A stretch of DNA of 64,000 nucleotides from an uncultured Gammaproteobacteria bacterium. Its GTDB lineage: Bacteria > Patescibacteriota > Microgenomatia > UBA8517. The notes under the pieces are model-generated. The model saw only the letters and a list, made by a program, of their open reading frames with translations. It was not told the origin of the DNA and ran no database searches. The translations under genes were made by a program, and so were the position numbers. The stretch is from NCBI GenBank assembly GCA_964427735.1, contig CAYRUS010000002.1:67734-131733 (forward strand). The letters run 5' to 3'. This document shows positions 9,478-18,884 of this stretch, one piece after another. Position 1 is the first letter of the stretch. The number at the start of each line of letters is the position of its first letter.

Positions 9478-10428
9478 TTACCTGTAAGAATCCAAATAAA
9501 CAATATCCAGTAGGCTTTCTTGATCTTTAAAATACTTCTGAAGTATATTTATTCCTTTATTTAATTTTTTATGAGCCCATTGATGGGAAAATCCCAGTGC
9601 CTCACCTATTTCCCTTAAGGAACTAATTTTATGATCATTCAGTCCAAAACGCATTTCAATAACTATTCTACAATCTGGATCTTCCTCTTCTAAAAGCACA
9701 ATAGCTTTTTTTAATTCATCAAATATAATTTTCCTGTCTGCTTCTTGTTGAGTAAAACTTCTTCCAGATACTATTTCTTCTAGGACTCTTCCATCACCAT
9801 CATTTTTAACAGGATCATTTAATGACATAACTACTCCCGTTCTATGTGCATTTTTATACCTTCTAATTGTTTCTGGTTTTAAACCTAATTCTTCTGCTAA
9901 TTCATAAACTTCTGGCATTCTTTTGTTTTTTTGAAGAAATTTATCTTCAGCATCTCTAACTAATCTAATATTGGCTAATACTCTTTCATTCAATCGAATT
10001 ATCCTAGATGAATTATTTACTGCTTTACTAATTTCTTGTCTAATCCAATAAAACACATAAGTACTAAACTCGTTATTAGTTGTGATTTCAAACTTTATAA
10101 CTCCTTTATACAGACCTACAGTACCTGCATTTATTAATTCTTCACGAGTCAGTGTACCTGTATATTTTTTTGCTATTGATACAATAAGCCCTTTGTTATT
10201 AGTAGCAATTTCTAAAAATGCTTTTCTTCCTGCTTCGTATTGCATTTCTAGCCTTTCATGCTCATTGCTGTCTAAATTTAATTTACGTTCATTTAGTATT
10301 TGCTGTGCTTTGTGTCCTTCTTGCACTAAAACCATTAATTCATATATTTTCTCCTTTGGGAGTAGTTCACTTTTGAGATGATGGCTACTCGGCAAAAATC
10401 TATCTCGGCTTTCTTTGCTCATTGTCAT
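9478..10428 (-). CDS. RNA polymerase sigma-70 family factor (regions 1.2/2/3/4)
   Basis: Region 2 IAKKYTGTLTREELINAGTVGLYKGVIKFEITTNNEFSTYVFYWIRQEI and region 4 HTH ISSLREIGEALGFSHQWAHKKLNKGINIL. Confidence 0.8.
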   Translation of the reverse strand: MTMSKESRDRFLPSSHHLKSELLPKEKIYELMVLVQEGHKAQQILNERKLNLDSNEHERLEMQYEAGRKAFLEIATNNKGLIVSIAKKYTGTLTREELINAGTVGLYKGVIKFEITTNNEFSTYVFYWIRQEISKAVNNSSRIIRLNERVLANIRLVRDAEDKFLQKNKRMPEVYELAEELGLKPETIRRYKNAHRTGVVMSLNDPVKNDGDGRVLEEIVSGRSFTQQEADRKIIFDELKKAIVLLEEEDPDCRIVIEMRFGLNDHKISSLREIGEALGFSHQWAHKKLNKGINILQKYFKDQESLLDIVYLDSYR

Positions 10429-10555
10429 AAGTCTATATTTAAATTAGATTAATTATGGGAAGATTATATATAAATCCTACTATTTCTTCCAATAAATGTC
10501 GTTTTAGTTTTTAATTAACCTCAAAGATTAGGATCTTTCTTTACGAATATAGTAT

Positions 10556-11848
10556 TTAGTTCAAATCTTGGATACTCACCATTTCTGACGAAAGTAATTT
10601 GTTTTTCTTATGGTATTCCTCCAGCAAGAGTTCGGTTTCCCCACTCCAAGTCTTATCAAAACCTACAGGCTCACCGTTTACAATATACAGATTAACAATT
10701 CCGTCGATTGGCAACACCACATTTGTCAGATGCCCATACTGATCTTCCCTTGCTGTATGGTTGAAACCAAAATCATCAGGTATATCTTGATCTGCAAATC
10801 CAGATACAACATTTATATATGAATCTAGTACCCTAAATTCTTTGTTTTCTGTGTCATATTCTGGTCTTACTAACGCAATTTGTGCAGAATCTCCTAAAAT
10901 AGAGAGTATCCACGCCTTTCTACTTATATCCAGTTTTTTGTCTCCTTTTGTCGAATTAAATATCTCAACTGTTTCTTGAATTGCATTAAGCAAATGAAAA
11001 TTTGCAGCAACAATAAGCGCTCTATTTTCCCTTTTCTTTTGAATTTTCTTAGGATCGTCACCAAGTACCTGTTCTATTATTTTTCTACCAGAATCATTAA
11101 TATCCGGCTTTAATATCAGCATTTGGTTGGTGTCTATAGACACCACTTCTATATCGTCAATTCTGGCAGGGCAACGTTTTCTAAACAAAAATTCGGGGAG
11201 GTTAGCGGCCTCTAGTTCTTCTTGTGTAGGCCAATCAAATTGAGCTTCTGATAAATTCACTTTTTTAAGCTGTGTCTGTTTATCTGCTATAACAGTTTTC
11301 TCGTCTCTTGTAGACAATTCGTAGACAGATATCTTTCCACTCGAAGAAACTTTTTCTTTCTCTCCTCTAGTGAGCGCTAGGATGCTTGAACCATATGTTG
11401 TGAATACCCTCCCATTTCTAGAAACTGTAATGTTTTGTTCATCACCTGCCTCTGGTGTGCTTATTGCTACATCTGCATTAATTTTTCCTGAATCAACTAG
11501 ATCTATAAATCTTTTCAATGCTGTCTCATTCAAAAACACACCAGTTACGTTATAACTATTAGCTTCACGGTGATATTGGATAACTGCACCCTTATCCTCA
11601 CCCATTATTGCATCTCCTATTTGTAGTGCTTTAAAAATATCTTCTTTCGAAAATCTATTATTAGAACTTGGCTTAAATTCAATAACAAAAGCTGGTGCTC
11701 TTCCAACACTTCTTACCATTTCTAAGTATCTTTTTCTTTCAGCTTCTAATATGTTGAATTGCTCTGCACTGCTATGATTAAGATCTTTACGAGAGGACTC
11801 CTGAGGTTTACTTTCATCAGGTGTGAATTTAGGATCAAAATCTTCCAT
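10556..11848 (-). CDS. Hypothetical protein (430 aa)
   Basis: ORF track. No motifs recognised. Confidence 0.4.
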   Translation of the reverse strand: MEDFDPKFTPDESKPQESSRKDLNHSSAEQFNILEAERKRYLEMVRSVGRAPAFVIEFKPSSNNRFSKEDIFKALQIGDAIMGEDKGAVIQYHREANSYNVTGVFLNETALKRFIDLVDSGKINADVAISTPEAGDEQNITVSRNGRVFTTYGSSILALTRGEKEKVSSSGKISVYELSTRDEKTVIADKQTQLKKVNLSEAQFDWPTQEELEAANLPEFLFRKRCPARIDDIEVVSIDTNQMLILKPDINDSGRKIIEQVLGDDPKKIQKKRENRALIVAANFHLLNAIQETVEIFNSTKGDKKLDISRKAWILSILGDSAQIALVRPEYDTENKEFRVLDSYINVVSGFADQDIPDDFGFNHTAREDQYGHLTNVVLPIDGIVNLYIVNGEPVGFDKTWSGETELLLEEYHKKNKLLSSEMVSIQDLN

Positions 11849-11972
11849 ACGCTGTTAATTCTATCTCAAGCACGACAATAAGACCAATATTATCTAAAAA
11901 GATGATCATATGATAAAAAGGTAGAAAATAAGATGAGTCCAGTTCAGATTTAATCTGATAAGGTTTTTAAGG

Positions 11973-11978
11973 TATAAT
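11973..11978 (+). promoter_or_regulatory. TATAAT -10 candidate upstream of tRNA-Trp.
   Basis: ggTATAATat 20 nt upstream of the tRNA start. No clear -35. Confidence 0.25.
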
Positions 11979-11998
11979 ATACATGTATTGAAAATTTT

Positions 11999-12074
11999 AG
12001 GGGTGTAGCTTAGTTGGTAGAGCGTCGGTCTCCAAAACCGAAGGTCGCAGGTTCGAATCCTGCCACCCCTGCCA
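11999..12074 (+). tRNA. tRNA-Trp (anticodon CCA), 3' CCA encoded
   Basis: Acceptor AGGGGTG/CACCCCT, anticodon stem TCGGT/ACCGA with loop CTCCAAA, T-arm GCAGG-TTCGAAT-CCTGC, discriminator G plus CCA. Confidence 0.85.
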
Positions 12075-12132
12075 GTTTTTATATTGTAATAACGGCCTTT
12101 TTTCTACCATCTCATTTATAATTTCTATTAAT

Positions 12133-13965
12133 TTAATTATTCCGAAGGATATTATTCACTTGAATGAGTGCAATCCTTAGGTCACTTAAAGCTTGAGTGT
12201 GTTTACCAGAACTTAGGTAGTAGTCATTATTGACGGAATAAATAAATTTTAGATAACACAAAAAGGATAAGGATTTTAAGGCCGATAATTTTAAAAAGAA
12301 TATGCTATCGAGTAAGGTAGGATTGTTTATTTCATTACGACCCGATGTTAAAATTTTCTCAGAAATCTTTAAAGCTTCTTTTTGAAGGCTATCAGGATCA
12401 AAAATTGCACCACCATACATCTTAATTTCTGCTTCCATATCAGCAGAGTGCTTTAGCAAACTTGCGGCTCTTTTAATTGCTGTTTCATAATTACTTATGC
12501 CAGTAAGCCCAAGTCCCTGTATAATATCTCCTCCCAGTTTGCCACCAAGGCTAAAAGTATTGTTTGCAAAGTCTTTAATCAAAGATTCATCTGGCATCGG
12601 TGTAAATGCTTTAACAGGACCTTTGAAATCTGGTCTTGAATATAGGTTATCGATAATACCTACATCTAATAAATTAGTAAGATATTCCTCCATTTGTACC
12701 ATTTCTTCATTAGTTGTGTCACCAAATCCTCTTAAATAGCGTGGATGAACTGAATCAGCGATATCAAAAATCCCTCTAAATTGAGTATACAGATATCTTG
12801 TTACTTTATTAATTCTTAGCTTCTCCATTGCCTGTCTTTCCCATTCTTTGAGATCTCTGTAGCTTGTATAATTTGTTGTGCTAATTTCTAATTTACTATA
12901 ATCCTCTTCTCTTCCAGGTCTATAGTTTCTTGGTTGATAATTATCGCTGGATGCAATCTTATCTAATCGCCTATTAATTTTCTGAACTTCATCTTCTGTT
13001 ACAGCAATCACCTTTGCTTTCTCTCTTTGATAAAGAAGCACCTTCCAGTCATCTTCTGTTAATAGTTTCTCACCATAATTAAGAAACCCCCATAAATTAG
13101 ATGCACTTTTATTTAGCCAAGGAACTAATTTCAACATATTAGGGTTCTTTTTTATCTCATTAAGTTTATATCCTTGAAGCTCAAGATGATGTGCTTCAAC
13201 TATAGCTTGTAACTCCCAGAGCTGCCTAAGTAAACTTGAAAATGATATTCCTTCAGCACTATTATCATAAGGAGTAACAATTTTATTCTTATTTTTATCT
13301 ACTACTTTTGAGATAAGCTGGATTGCCGGAGATGGGTTTTTCAACAACTCTTTTTCAATTCTATAAAGTAATTCATATAGACCTAAATGAGAAGTTGCTA
13401 GATCTTTTGAGCCTGGAAAATCTTCCCCAGATGGTTGAACAAACCAAATTGTAATTTCACCATTATCAACTAATTTTATTCCTGCTATAGAGGACTGTCT
13501 TTTTGGGTTAAAAACTACAAAATCAGCCTGATCTTTGTCTCCTACACTTTGTGGTAGTACAAGCTGATGCAAAAACCCAAAAGTCATACTGTCAGTATTT
13601 AAGCGTGAAGTATCGTGGTCATAAATACTTCTTGCAAAAAAGTTCAAATGTCTTTCACTAAAAGGACTAAATCTATGGTAAGTCTTAACATCGGAATTCC
13701 CTAGATACACTTGCCTTAAATAAAGGTTACCTGTCGATATCTTGTCTAATTCTAATACAGCCTCAGACCCTACTTCATTAATTCGCTTGTCAGCTTCTGC
13801 AATTGGAGTTTCAGTGGCATAAATGTGTTTATTTGGATCTGTTCTAAGGGTAATCGTTCCATAATCAATTATGATAGCACCAAATGGTTTTAAATCACGG
13901 TCTTTGACCTCAGAATCTGGTATTACTCTAAAATTTGTATGATGATTATTCTCTGACTCCAACAC
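12133..13965 (-). CDS. Hypothetical protein (610 aa)
   Basis: Long ORF. No motifs recognised. Confidence 0.45.
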   Translation of the reverse strand: MLESENNHHTNFRVIPDSEVKDRDLKPFGAIIIDYGTITLRTDPNKHIYATETPIAEADKRINEVGSEAVLELDKISTGNLYLRQVYLGNSDVKTYHRFSPFSERHLNFFARSIYDHDTSRLNTDSMTFGFLHQLVLPQSVGDKDQADFVVFNPKRQSSIAGIKLVDNGEITIWFVQPSGEDFPGSKDLATSHLGLYELLYRIEKELLKNPSPAIQLISKVVDKNKNKIVTPYDNSAEGISFSSLLRQLWELQAIVEAHHLELQGYKLNEIKKNPNMLKLVPWLNKSASNLWGFLNYGEKLLTEDDWKVLLYQREKAKVIAVTEDEVQKINRRLDKIASSDNYQPRNYRPGREEDYSKLEISTTNYTSYRDLKEWERQAMEKLRINKVTRYLYTQFRGIFDIADSVHPRYLRGFGDTTNEEMVQMEEYLTNLLDVGIIDNLYSRPDFKGPVKAFTPMPDESLIKDFANNTFSLGGKLGGDIIQGLGLTGISNYETAIKRAASLLKHSADMEAEIKMYGGAIFDPDSLQKEALKISEKILTSGRNEINNPTLLDSIFFLKLSALKSLSFLCYLKFIYSVNNDYYLSSGKHTQALSDLRIALIQVNNILRNN

Positions 13966-14103
13966 ATCCTATATTATAGGATACCACTGTTTTAAAAGCC
14001 ACTAACAACATGGTATATTATAGGAATTGAGACAGAAAATTTAGACGATGTATGGTCTCAAACTGAAACTACAGAAAAAAATGACCAAGAATTAAAAAAT
14101 TTC

Positions 14104-14652
14104 TTGGAACATCTTGAAGAGGAAAACAGAAGATATGATCAACTGTTGGCGGAAAGATTGGGAGTAAAAACTTCAAAAGACATTAAACGAAGTGATATAG
14201 AAAGAGCTGAAATCGAATATCCAATTCTATTGCGGACATGCTTAGATATTAGAAGATTAGTATATAAAATAAGAGGTTTTAAATGGTCAAATGATAATGA
14301 AAAGCACATTGAATTTGGATATTGGGTTCCCGACCTCAATGATGAAAAAAACCAAGAGTCTCAAACACCAGAAAGTACCACCGCTACAGAAGTAATGAAT
14401 AATATTCTTAAAACCCTCGGTGTAGAACCTTCAAACATAGTTACACTACTACATCAACCTGATGTAAGAATTCAAGAAGGAAACCTACTCAAAGTTCTCC
14501 CTAACAGCAAATCAGAAGAAAGAATACTAGAAAGTATACCAACAAAATTCCCTTCACTCACTACAAATGTATCCTCATATAAAACAGATTTTGGCAATGG
14601 TCGTGTTTCTGATAGTAAAACATTGATTATCAAACTTACTTCAAAAGTCTGA
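14104..14652 (+). CDS. Hypothetical protein
   Basis: ORF track. Confidence 0.35.
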   Translation: MEHLEEENRRYDQLLAERLGVKTSKDIKRSDIERAEIEYPILLRTCLDIRRLVYKIRGFKWSNDNEKHIEFGYWVPDLNDEKNQESQTPESTTATEVMNNILKTLGVEPSNIVTLLHQPDVRIQEGNLLKVLPNSKSEERILESIPTKFPSLTTNVSSYKTDFGNGRVSDSKTLIIKLTSKV

Positions 14653-14891
14653 TAAGAAAATTCTTCAATAATCTTTCCTATTTCATTATAATTTTAGACT
14701 AGATATAGCCACCTAAATACAAACCCGCAAGGATGGTTACAACTACAAAAAAGGTGAATATAAAAATAAATAGCAAAAATAGAAAAAATACAACCAAGTT
14801 ATAAGTAAATATTTTACCTTTCAAAGTATTATGATTCCAAATTTTAATTTACACCATAATAACAATTCTGTTATCATAAAAACTGTAAACA

Positions 14892-15452
14892 ATGATGAGA
14901 CTGCCTATAATTACAATTATCCTCCTTTTCTTCGTTGCTTTTATTCCCATTAAAATCACTAAAGGTCACTTTGTTCAATCAGAAGACGAAATAGAAGTTA
15001 CACTTCATATTAATCCAGATGATAACCCAATCATCGGAGAACCTGCAAAAATATATTTTCAATTCGACGATCCCGAAAACATTATAGCCCCCCAAACGTG
15101 CAACTGTATGGTTTCTATATTTCTTAATAACGAGGAACTTATTTCACAATCTCTTTTTTTAGAAAACGAACAAACGGGATTTGATACTCCAAGCTTGACT
15201 TTTGTGTTTCCTGAAAAAGGTCTTTACCAAATAAAAGTTACCGGAAGTCCAATAAATAACGAAGACTTTAGCGGATTTGCATCAGAGTATAGTTTGAGAA
15301 TTTCCCGCGAACCAGAAAACTCCATCCCCTTCTTAAACACTATTAGTGACACCAAATCCTTAAAAACCATTGTTGTTTATCTTTTTACCATTATGATTGT
15401 TATTTTAATTGCAAATAAAATGATTAATAAAAAAAGAAATATCAATGAATAA
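14892..15452 (+). CDS. Secreted, C-terminally TM-anchored protein. The predicted mature N-terminus begins with His (ITKG|HFVQ), so it may be a CopC-like Cu-binding protein.
   Basis: Signal peptide MMRLPIITIILLFFVAFIPIKI and C-terminal TM IVVYLFTIMIVILIAN. The N-terminal His of the mature protein is an inference. An AGGAGG-type RBS for the next gene overlaps its end. Confidence 0.4.
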   Translation: MMRLPIITIILLFFVAFIPIKITKGHFVQSEDEIEVTLHINPDDNPIIGEPAKIYFQFDDPENIIAPQTCNCMVSIFLNNEELISQSLFLENEQTGFDTPSLTFVFPEKGLYQIKVTGSPINNEDFSGFASEYSLRISREPENSIPFLNTISDTKSLKTIVVYLFTIMIVILIANKMINKKRNINE

Positions 15453-15457
15453 AGGAG

Positions 15458-16081
15458 GTGAATGTTATTAAAAAATTTATTGTAATTTTATTTACTGCTT
15501 TATTTTTTGTTACTGCAACTACTGCTTCAGCACATGTTGTAGTCAAACCTGATAGTGTTGGAGTCGCTCAAAGAGTAAATTTTACAGTCAGTGTCCCTAC
15601 TGAAAAAGAAATACCAACCGTAAAAGTAAGACTGTTAATCCCAGAAGGTCTAAGAAATGTAAGACCTTTAGTAAAACCAGACTGGGACATTGAATTGGTA
15701 AAAGAAGAGACTGAAGTTGGTTCAGAAGAAAGTGGAGTTGTTACTGAAATAATTTGGACAGGAGGTTCGATTCCACTAGATCACAAAGATGAATTTGCTT
15801 TTAGTGCTCAAGCACCTGACACAGAAGATCAGTTAATATGGAAAGCCTATCAAACATATTCAGATGGCACTGTTGTAGCTTGGGAAATCAACCCAAATGA
15901 AAATCTGACAGATTTTTCAGAATCTGGACCTTATTCAACAACTACAGTGGTTGATGATCTAACGAATAAAGGCACATTTTCAACTTGGTTAACATCTGAA
16001 AAAGCATTTTCATTTTCTTTAGCATCTTTAGTAATTTCAACAATATCACTAGTTTTAGTGCTTTCAAGAAAAAGAAAGTAA
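15458..16081 (+). CDS. YcnI/DUF1775-family extracytoplasmic (copper-binding type) protein with a C-terminal TM anchor
   Basis: RBS aaaGGAGGTGaATG. Signal peptide ending ASA, then mature HVVVKPDSVGVAQRVNFTV as in B. subtilis YcnI (AHVSVKP...). C-terminal TM LASLVISTISLVLVL. Confidence 0.65.
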   Translation: MNVIKKFIVILFTALFFVTATTASAHVVVKPDSVGVAQRVNFTVSVPTEKEIPTVKVRLLIPEGLRNVRPLVKPDWDIELVKEETEVGSEESGVVTEIIWTGGSIPLDHKDEFAFSAQAPDTEDQLIWKAYQTYSDGTVVAWEINPNENLTDFSESGPYSTTTVVDDLTNKGTFSTWLTSEKAFSFSLASLVISTISLVLVLSRKRK

Positions 16082-16132
16082 ACAGACTTAGAGTAGATAA
16101 ATAGACTGCTCTATCAATCAAAGAAAAAACCT

Positions 16133-16585
16133 ATGGAAACTTTAAAGAAAATAATTATTTCAATGGTGCTTTTTGTTGTTTACGGATATTATGTATCTAG
16201 ATCTAAATTGGATTTGCCAAAAAACACAAACCCATTATTTCTTAATGCAGAAAGTACTAGTACAAATTTAAACAATTCTTATATTGTTCATGATAGTTTT
16301 ACTTATAATGACGGTGAATACCTAGGCAAAGTAGTTGATGCATTGTATGGTCAAGTTCAAGTAAAGGTTGATATAAGTGGCGGCAAAATTGAAAACATTG
16401 AATTTTTAAAATATCCAGACCACCATTCATACTCAAGACAAATAAACCCTGAAGCCACCTCAATATTGACGACAGAAGCACTAGAAATTCAAAGTGCAGA
16501 AGTTGATATAGTAACTGGTGCCACACAAACTAGTAAAGGCTTTATCGAGTCGATGCAATCTGCTTTAGATGAAGCAAAATCCTAA
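16133..16585 (+). CDS. FMN-binding domain protein with an N-terminal TM anchor and an intact flavinylation motif
   Basis: C-terminal EVDIVTGATQTSKGF matches the Dxx(S/T)GA(T/S) FMN-attachment motif of FMN_bind domains. Confidence 0.7.
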   Translation: METLKKIIISMVLFVVYGYYVSRSKLDLPKNTNPLFLNAESTSTNLNNSYIVHDSFTYNDGEYLGKVVDALYGQVQVKVDISGGKIENIEFLKYPDHHSYSRQINPEATSILTTEALEIQSAEVDIVTGATQTSKGFIESMQSALDEAKS

Positions 16586-17324
16586 CATGAAACTTACAAA
16601 ATTATTAATGGGAATGCCAATTACAATTGAAATTCAGGAGGAAAGCGTTGATAAGAAAATCTTTGACAAGGTTTTTGACTACTTCAAATGGGTAGACAAG
16701 ACTTTTAGCCCATACAAAGACTCAAGCGAGGTTAGTAAATTAAACAACAATCCAGGCTTTAAAATTAGTAGCCATATGGAAGAAATCCTAAACTTATCTA
16801 ACATTACTTTTAACCAAACAAATGGATACTTTCGCGTACATATAAATGGTAAATTTGATCCATCTGGAATCGTTAAGGGTTGGTCTATCCAAAATGCTGC
16901 AAAAATATTATTAAATAAAGGTTATAAAAATTTTTACGTAGATGCAGGTGGCGACATTCAGACATCAGGTTTTAACCACTCAGGTTCAAAATGGAAAGTA
17001 GGTATTAGAAACCCATTTGACACAAAGACGATTGTAAAGATCGTTCATTTGCATGATTCAGCGGTAGCCACATCTGGAAATTACTTTCGCGGAGAACATA
17101 TATTTAATCCCTATTCTCGTAAAAACGACAACAACAATCTGGTAAGTTTAACCGTAGTAGGTCCGAATATTTTTGATGCTGATCGTTTTGCAACCGCAGC
17201 ATATGCCATGGGTAAAGAGTCACTTAATTTTATAGATCGTATCTCTGATTACGAAGCTTTTGCAATATTTGAAGATAGAAAAGTTTTGTACACTAATGGA
17301 TTCAAAAAATACACAACCTCATGA
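16569..17324 (+). CDS. apbE: FAD:protein FMN transferase (ApbE family). An alternative ATG at 16587 is possible.
   Basis: SGIVKGWS and VDAGGDI motifs. AVATSGNYFRGEHIFNP. Overlaps the previous gene end and the next gene start (ATGA), so it is translationally coupled. Confidence 0.8.
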   Translation: MKQNPNMKLTKLLMGMPITIEIQEESVDKKIFDKVFDYFKWVDKTFSPYKDSSEVSKLNNNPGFKISSHMEEILNLSNITFNQTNGYFRVHINGKFDPSGIVKGWSIQNAAKILLNKGYKNFYVDAGGDIQTSGFNHSGSKWKVGIRNPFDTKTIVKIVHLHDSAVATSGNYFRGEHIFNPYSRKNDNNNLVSLTVVGPNIFDADRFATAAYAMGKESLNFIDRISDYEAFAIFEDRKVLYTNGFKKYTTS

Positions 17325-18838
17325 TAAAAATTATTGATGATTTTCTTAATAATATAACCATGTACAGACTGACTCTGTACGGACTAGGTTTACTTGCTGT
17401 TCTTTCTATTGTCTTTGGATTTTTAAACATTCTTCCCTATCCAGGCTTTTTGCTTATGTTTTCCCTTTTTTATATTCTTGTAGTATGTTGGCTTTCTAAC
17501 ATCTTTTTTTCAGAAGCTTTTGGTGTACCAACAAACCGCGAGTCAGTATATATAACTTCCTTAATATTATTTTTGATAATCACTCCTCCTTCTAATGTTT
17601 ATCAACTAACAGTACTGTATTGGGCGGGGATATTAGCAATAGCTTCAAAATTTATATTTGTAATTAATAAAAAACATATTTTTAATCCAGTTGCAATTTC
17701 GTTGTTTATTTTAGGCATCACTATTAATTATGGCGTCAGTTGGTGGATTGGAAATCCAGTTATGTTCCCTGCACTTTTTGTAGTGGGTCTATTGATTGTA
17801 AGAAAGATTAGAAGATTTCATCTTGTAGCCGCGTTTTTTTGTGTAGCACTTCTAACAATAAGCATATTTACAATCAGATCTGGAACACAAAGTATTGATG
17901 TCCTGACAAGGACGATTTTGTCATCTTCGCTTGTTTTTGTTGGGTTTATAATGCTTACAGAACCACTTACCACTCCTCCGACTAAGCATGAACAAATCGT
18001 TTATGGCATATTAGTGGGTCTTCTTTTTGCACCTCGCATACATATTGGTAGTTTTTACTTTACTCCAGAAACTGCTTTAGTTTTTGGAAATATCTTTTCC
18101 TATTTAGTAAGCCCTAAAAAAAGACTTGTATTAAATTTAAAGGAAAAAATAAAACTATCAGATGAGATATATGATTTTTCTTTTGTACCGGATAGCAAGC
18201 TAAATTTTAAAGCTGGTCAGTATTTAGAATGGACTCTACCGCACAAAAACTCGGACGATAGAGGTTTAAGAAGGTATTTAACAATTGCCAGTTCGCCTTC
18301 GGAAGAGATCATGACTTTTGGTATTAAGATACCTAAAAATCCAAGCAGCTTCAAGAAGAAGCTTCTGGAATTGCAAGAAGGAGAAAAAATTTATGCAGGG
18401 CAATTGTCGGGAGATTTTACCTTACCCAAAAACAAAAGTGAAAAGCTTGTGTTTATAGCAGGTGGAATCGGAATTACTCCGTTTAGATCAATCTTGAAGC
18501 ATCTGATAAATACAAATGAAACAAGGGACATTATACTTTTTTATACTTGCTCTGAGGCAGATAGTTTTGTATACCTTGATATTTTTAACCAAGCAAAAGA
18601 AAAGCTAGGAATTAAAACAGTACTTGTACTAACACACAAAGAAAATCTCCCTCAAGATTGGAATGGTGAAACTGGACACCTAACAGCTGAAATTATTCAA
18701 AAACACGCAAATGATTTTGATAAAAGAAAGTACTACATATCCGGACCACACAGCATGGTGGATTCATACAAGAGTTTACTACGTAAAATGAAAATACCTG
18801 GAAAAAATATAATCACTGATTATTTCCCGGGATATTAA
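17321..18838 (+). CDS. Polytopic membrane domain (at least 7 predicted TM helices) fused to a ferredoxin-NADP+ reductase-type FAD/NAD(P)-binding oxidoreductase domain
   Basis: C-terminal RRYLTIASSP (RxYS FAD motif), GQLSGDF and LVFIAGGIGITPFRSIL (NAD(P) GxGxxP). N-terminal half is all hydrophobic helices with an FNP motif. Confidence 0.65.
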   Translation: MIKIIDDFLNNITMYRLTLYGLGLLAVLSIVFGFLNILPYPGFLLMFSLFYILVVCWLSNIFFSEAFGVPTNRESVYITSLILFLIITPPSNVYQLTVLYWAGILAIASKFIFVINKKHIFNPVAISLFILGITINYGVSWWIGNPVMFPALFVVGLLIVRKIRRFHLVAAFFCVALLTISIFTIRSGTQSIDVLTRTILSSSLVFVGFIMLTEPLTTPPTKHEQIVYGILVGLLFAPRIHIGSFYFTPETALVFGNIFSYLVSPKKRLVLNLKEKIKLSDEIYDFSFVPDSKLNFKAGQYLEWTLPHKNSDDRGLRRYLTIASSPSEEIMTFGIKIPKNPSSFKKKLLELQEGEKIYAGQLSGDFTLPKNKSEKLVFIAGGIGITPFRSILKHLINTNETRDIILFYTCSEADSFVYLDIFNQAKEKLGIKTVLVLTHKENLPQDWNGETGHLTAEIIQKHANDFDKRKYYISGPHSMVDSYKSLLRKMKIPGKNIITDYFPGY

Positions 18839-18884
18839 GGTATGAGTAATTATCTAAGCTATTTCATTTCATCAACCTAAAATA

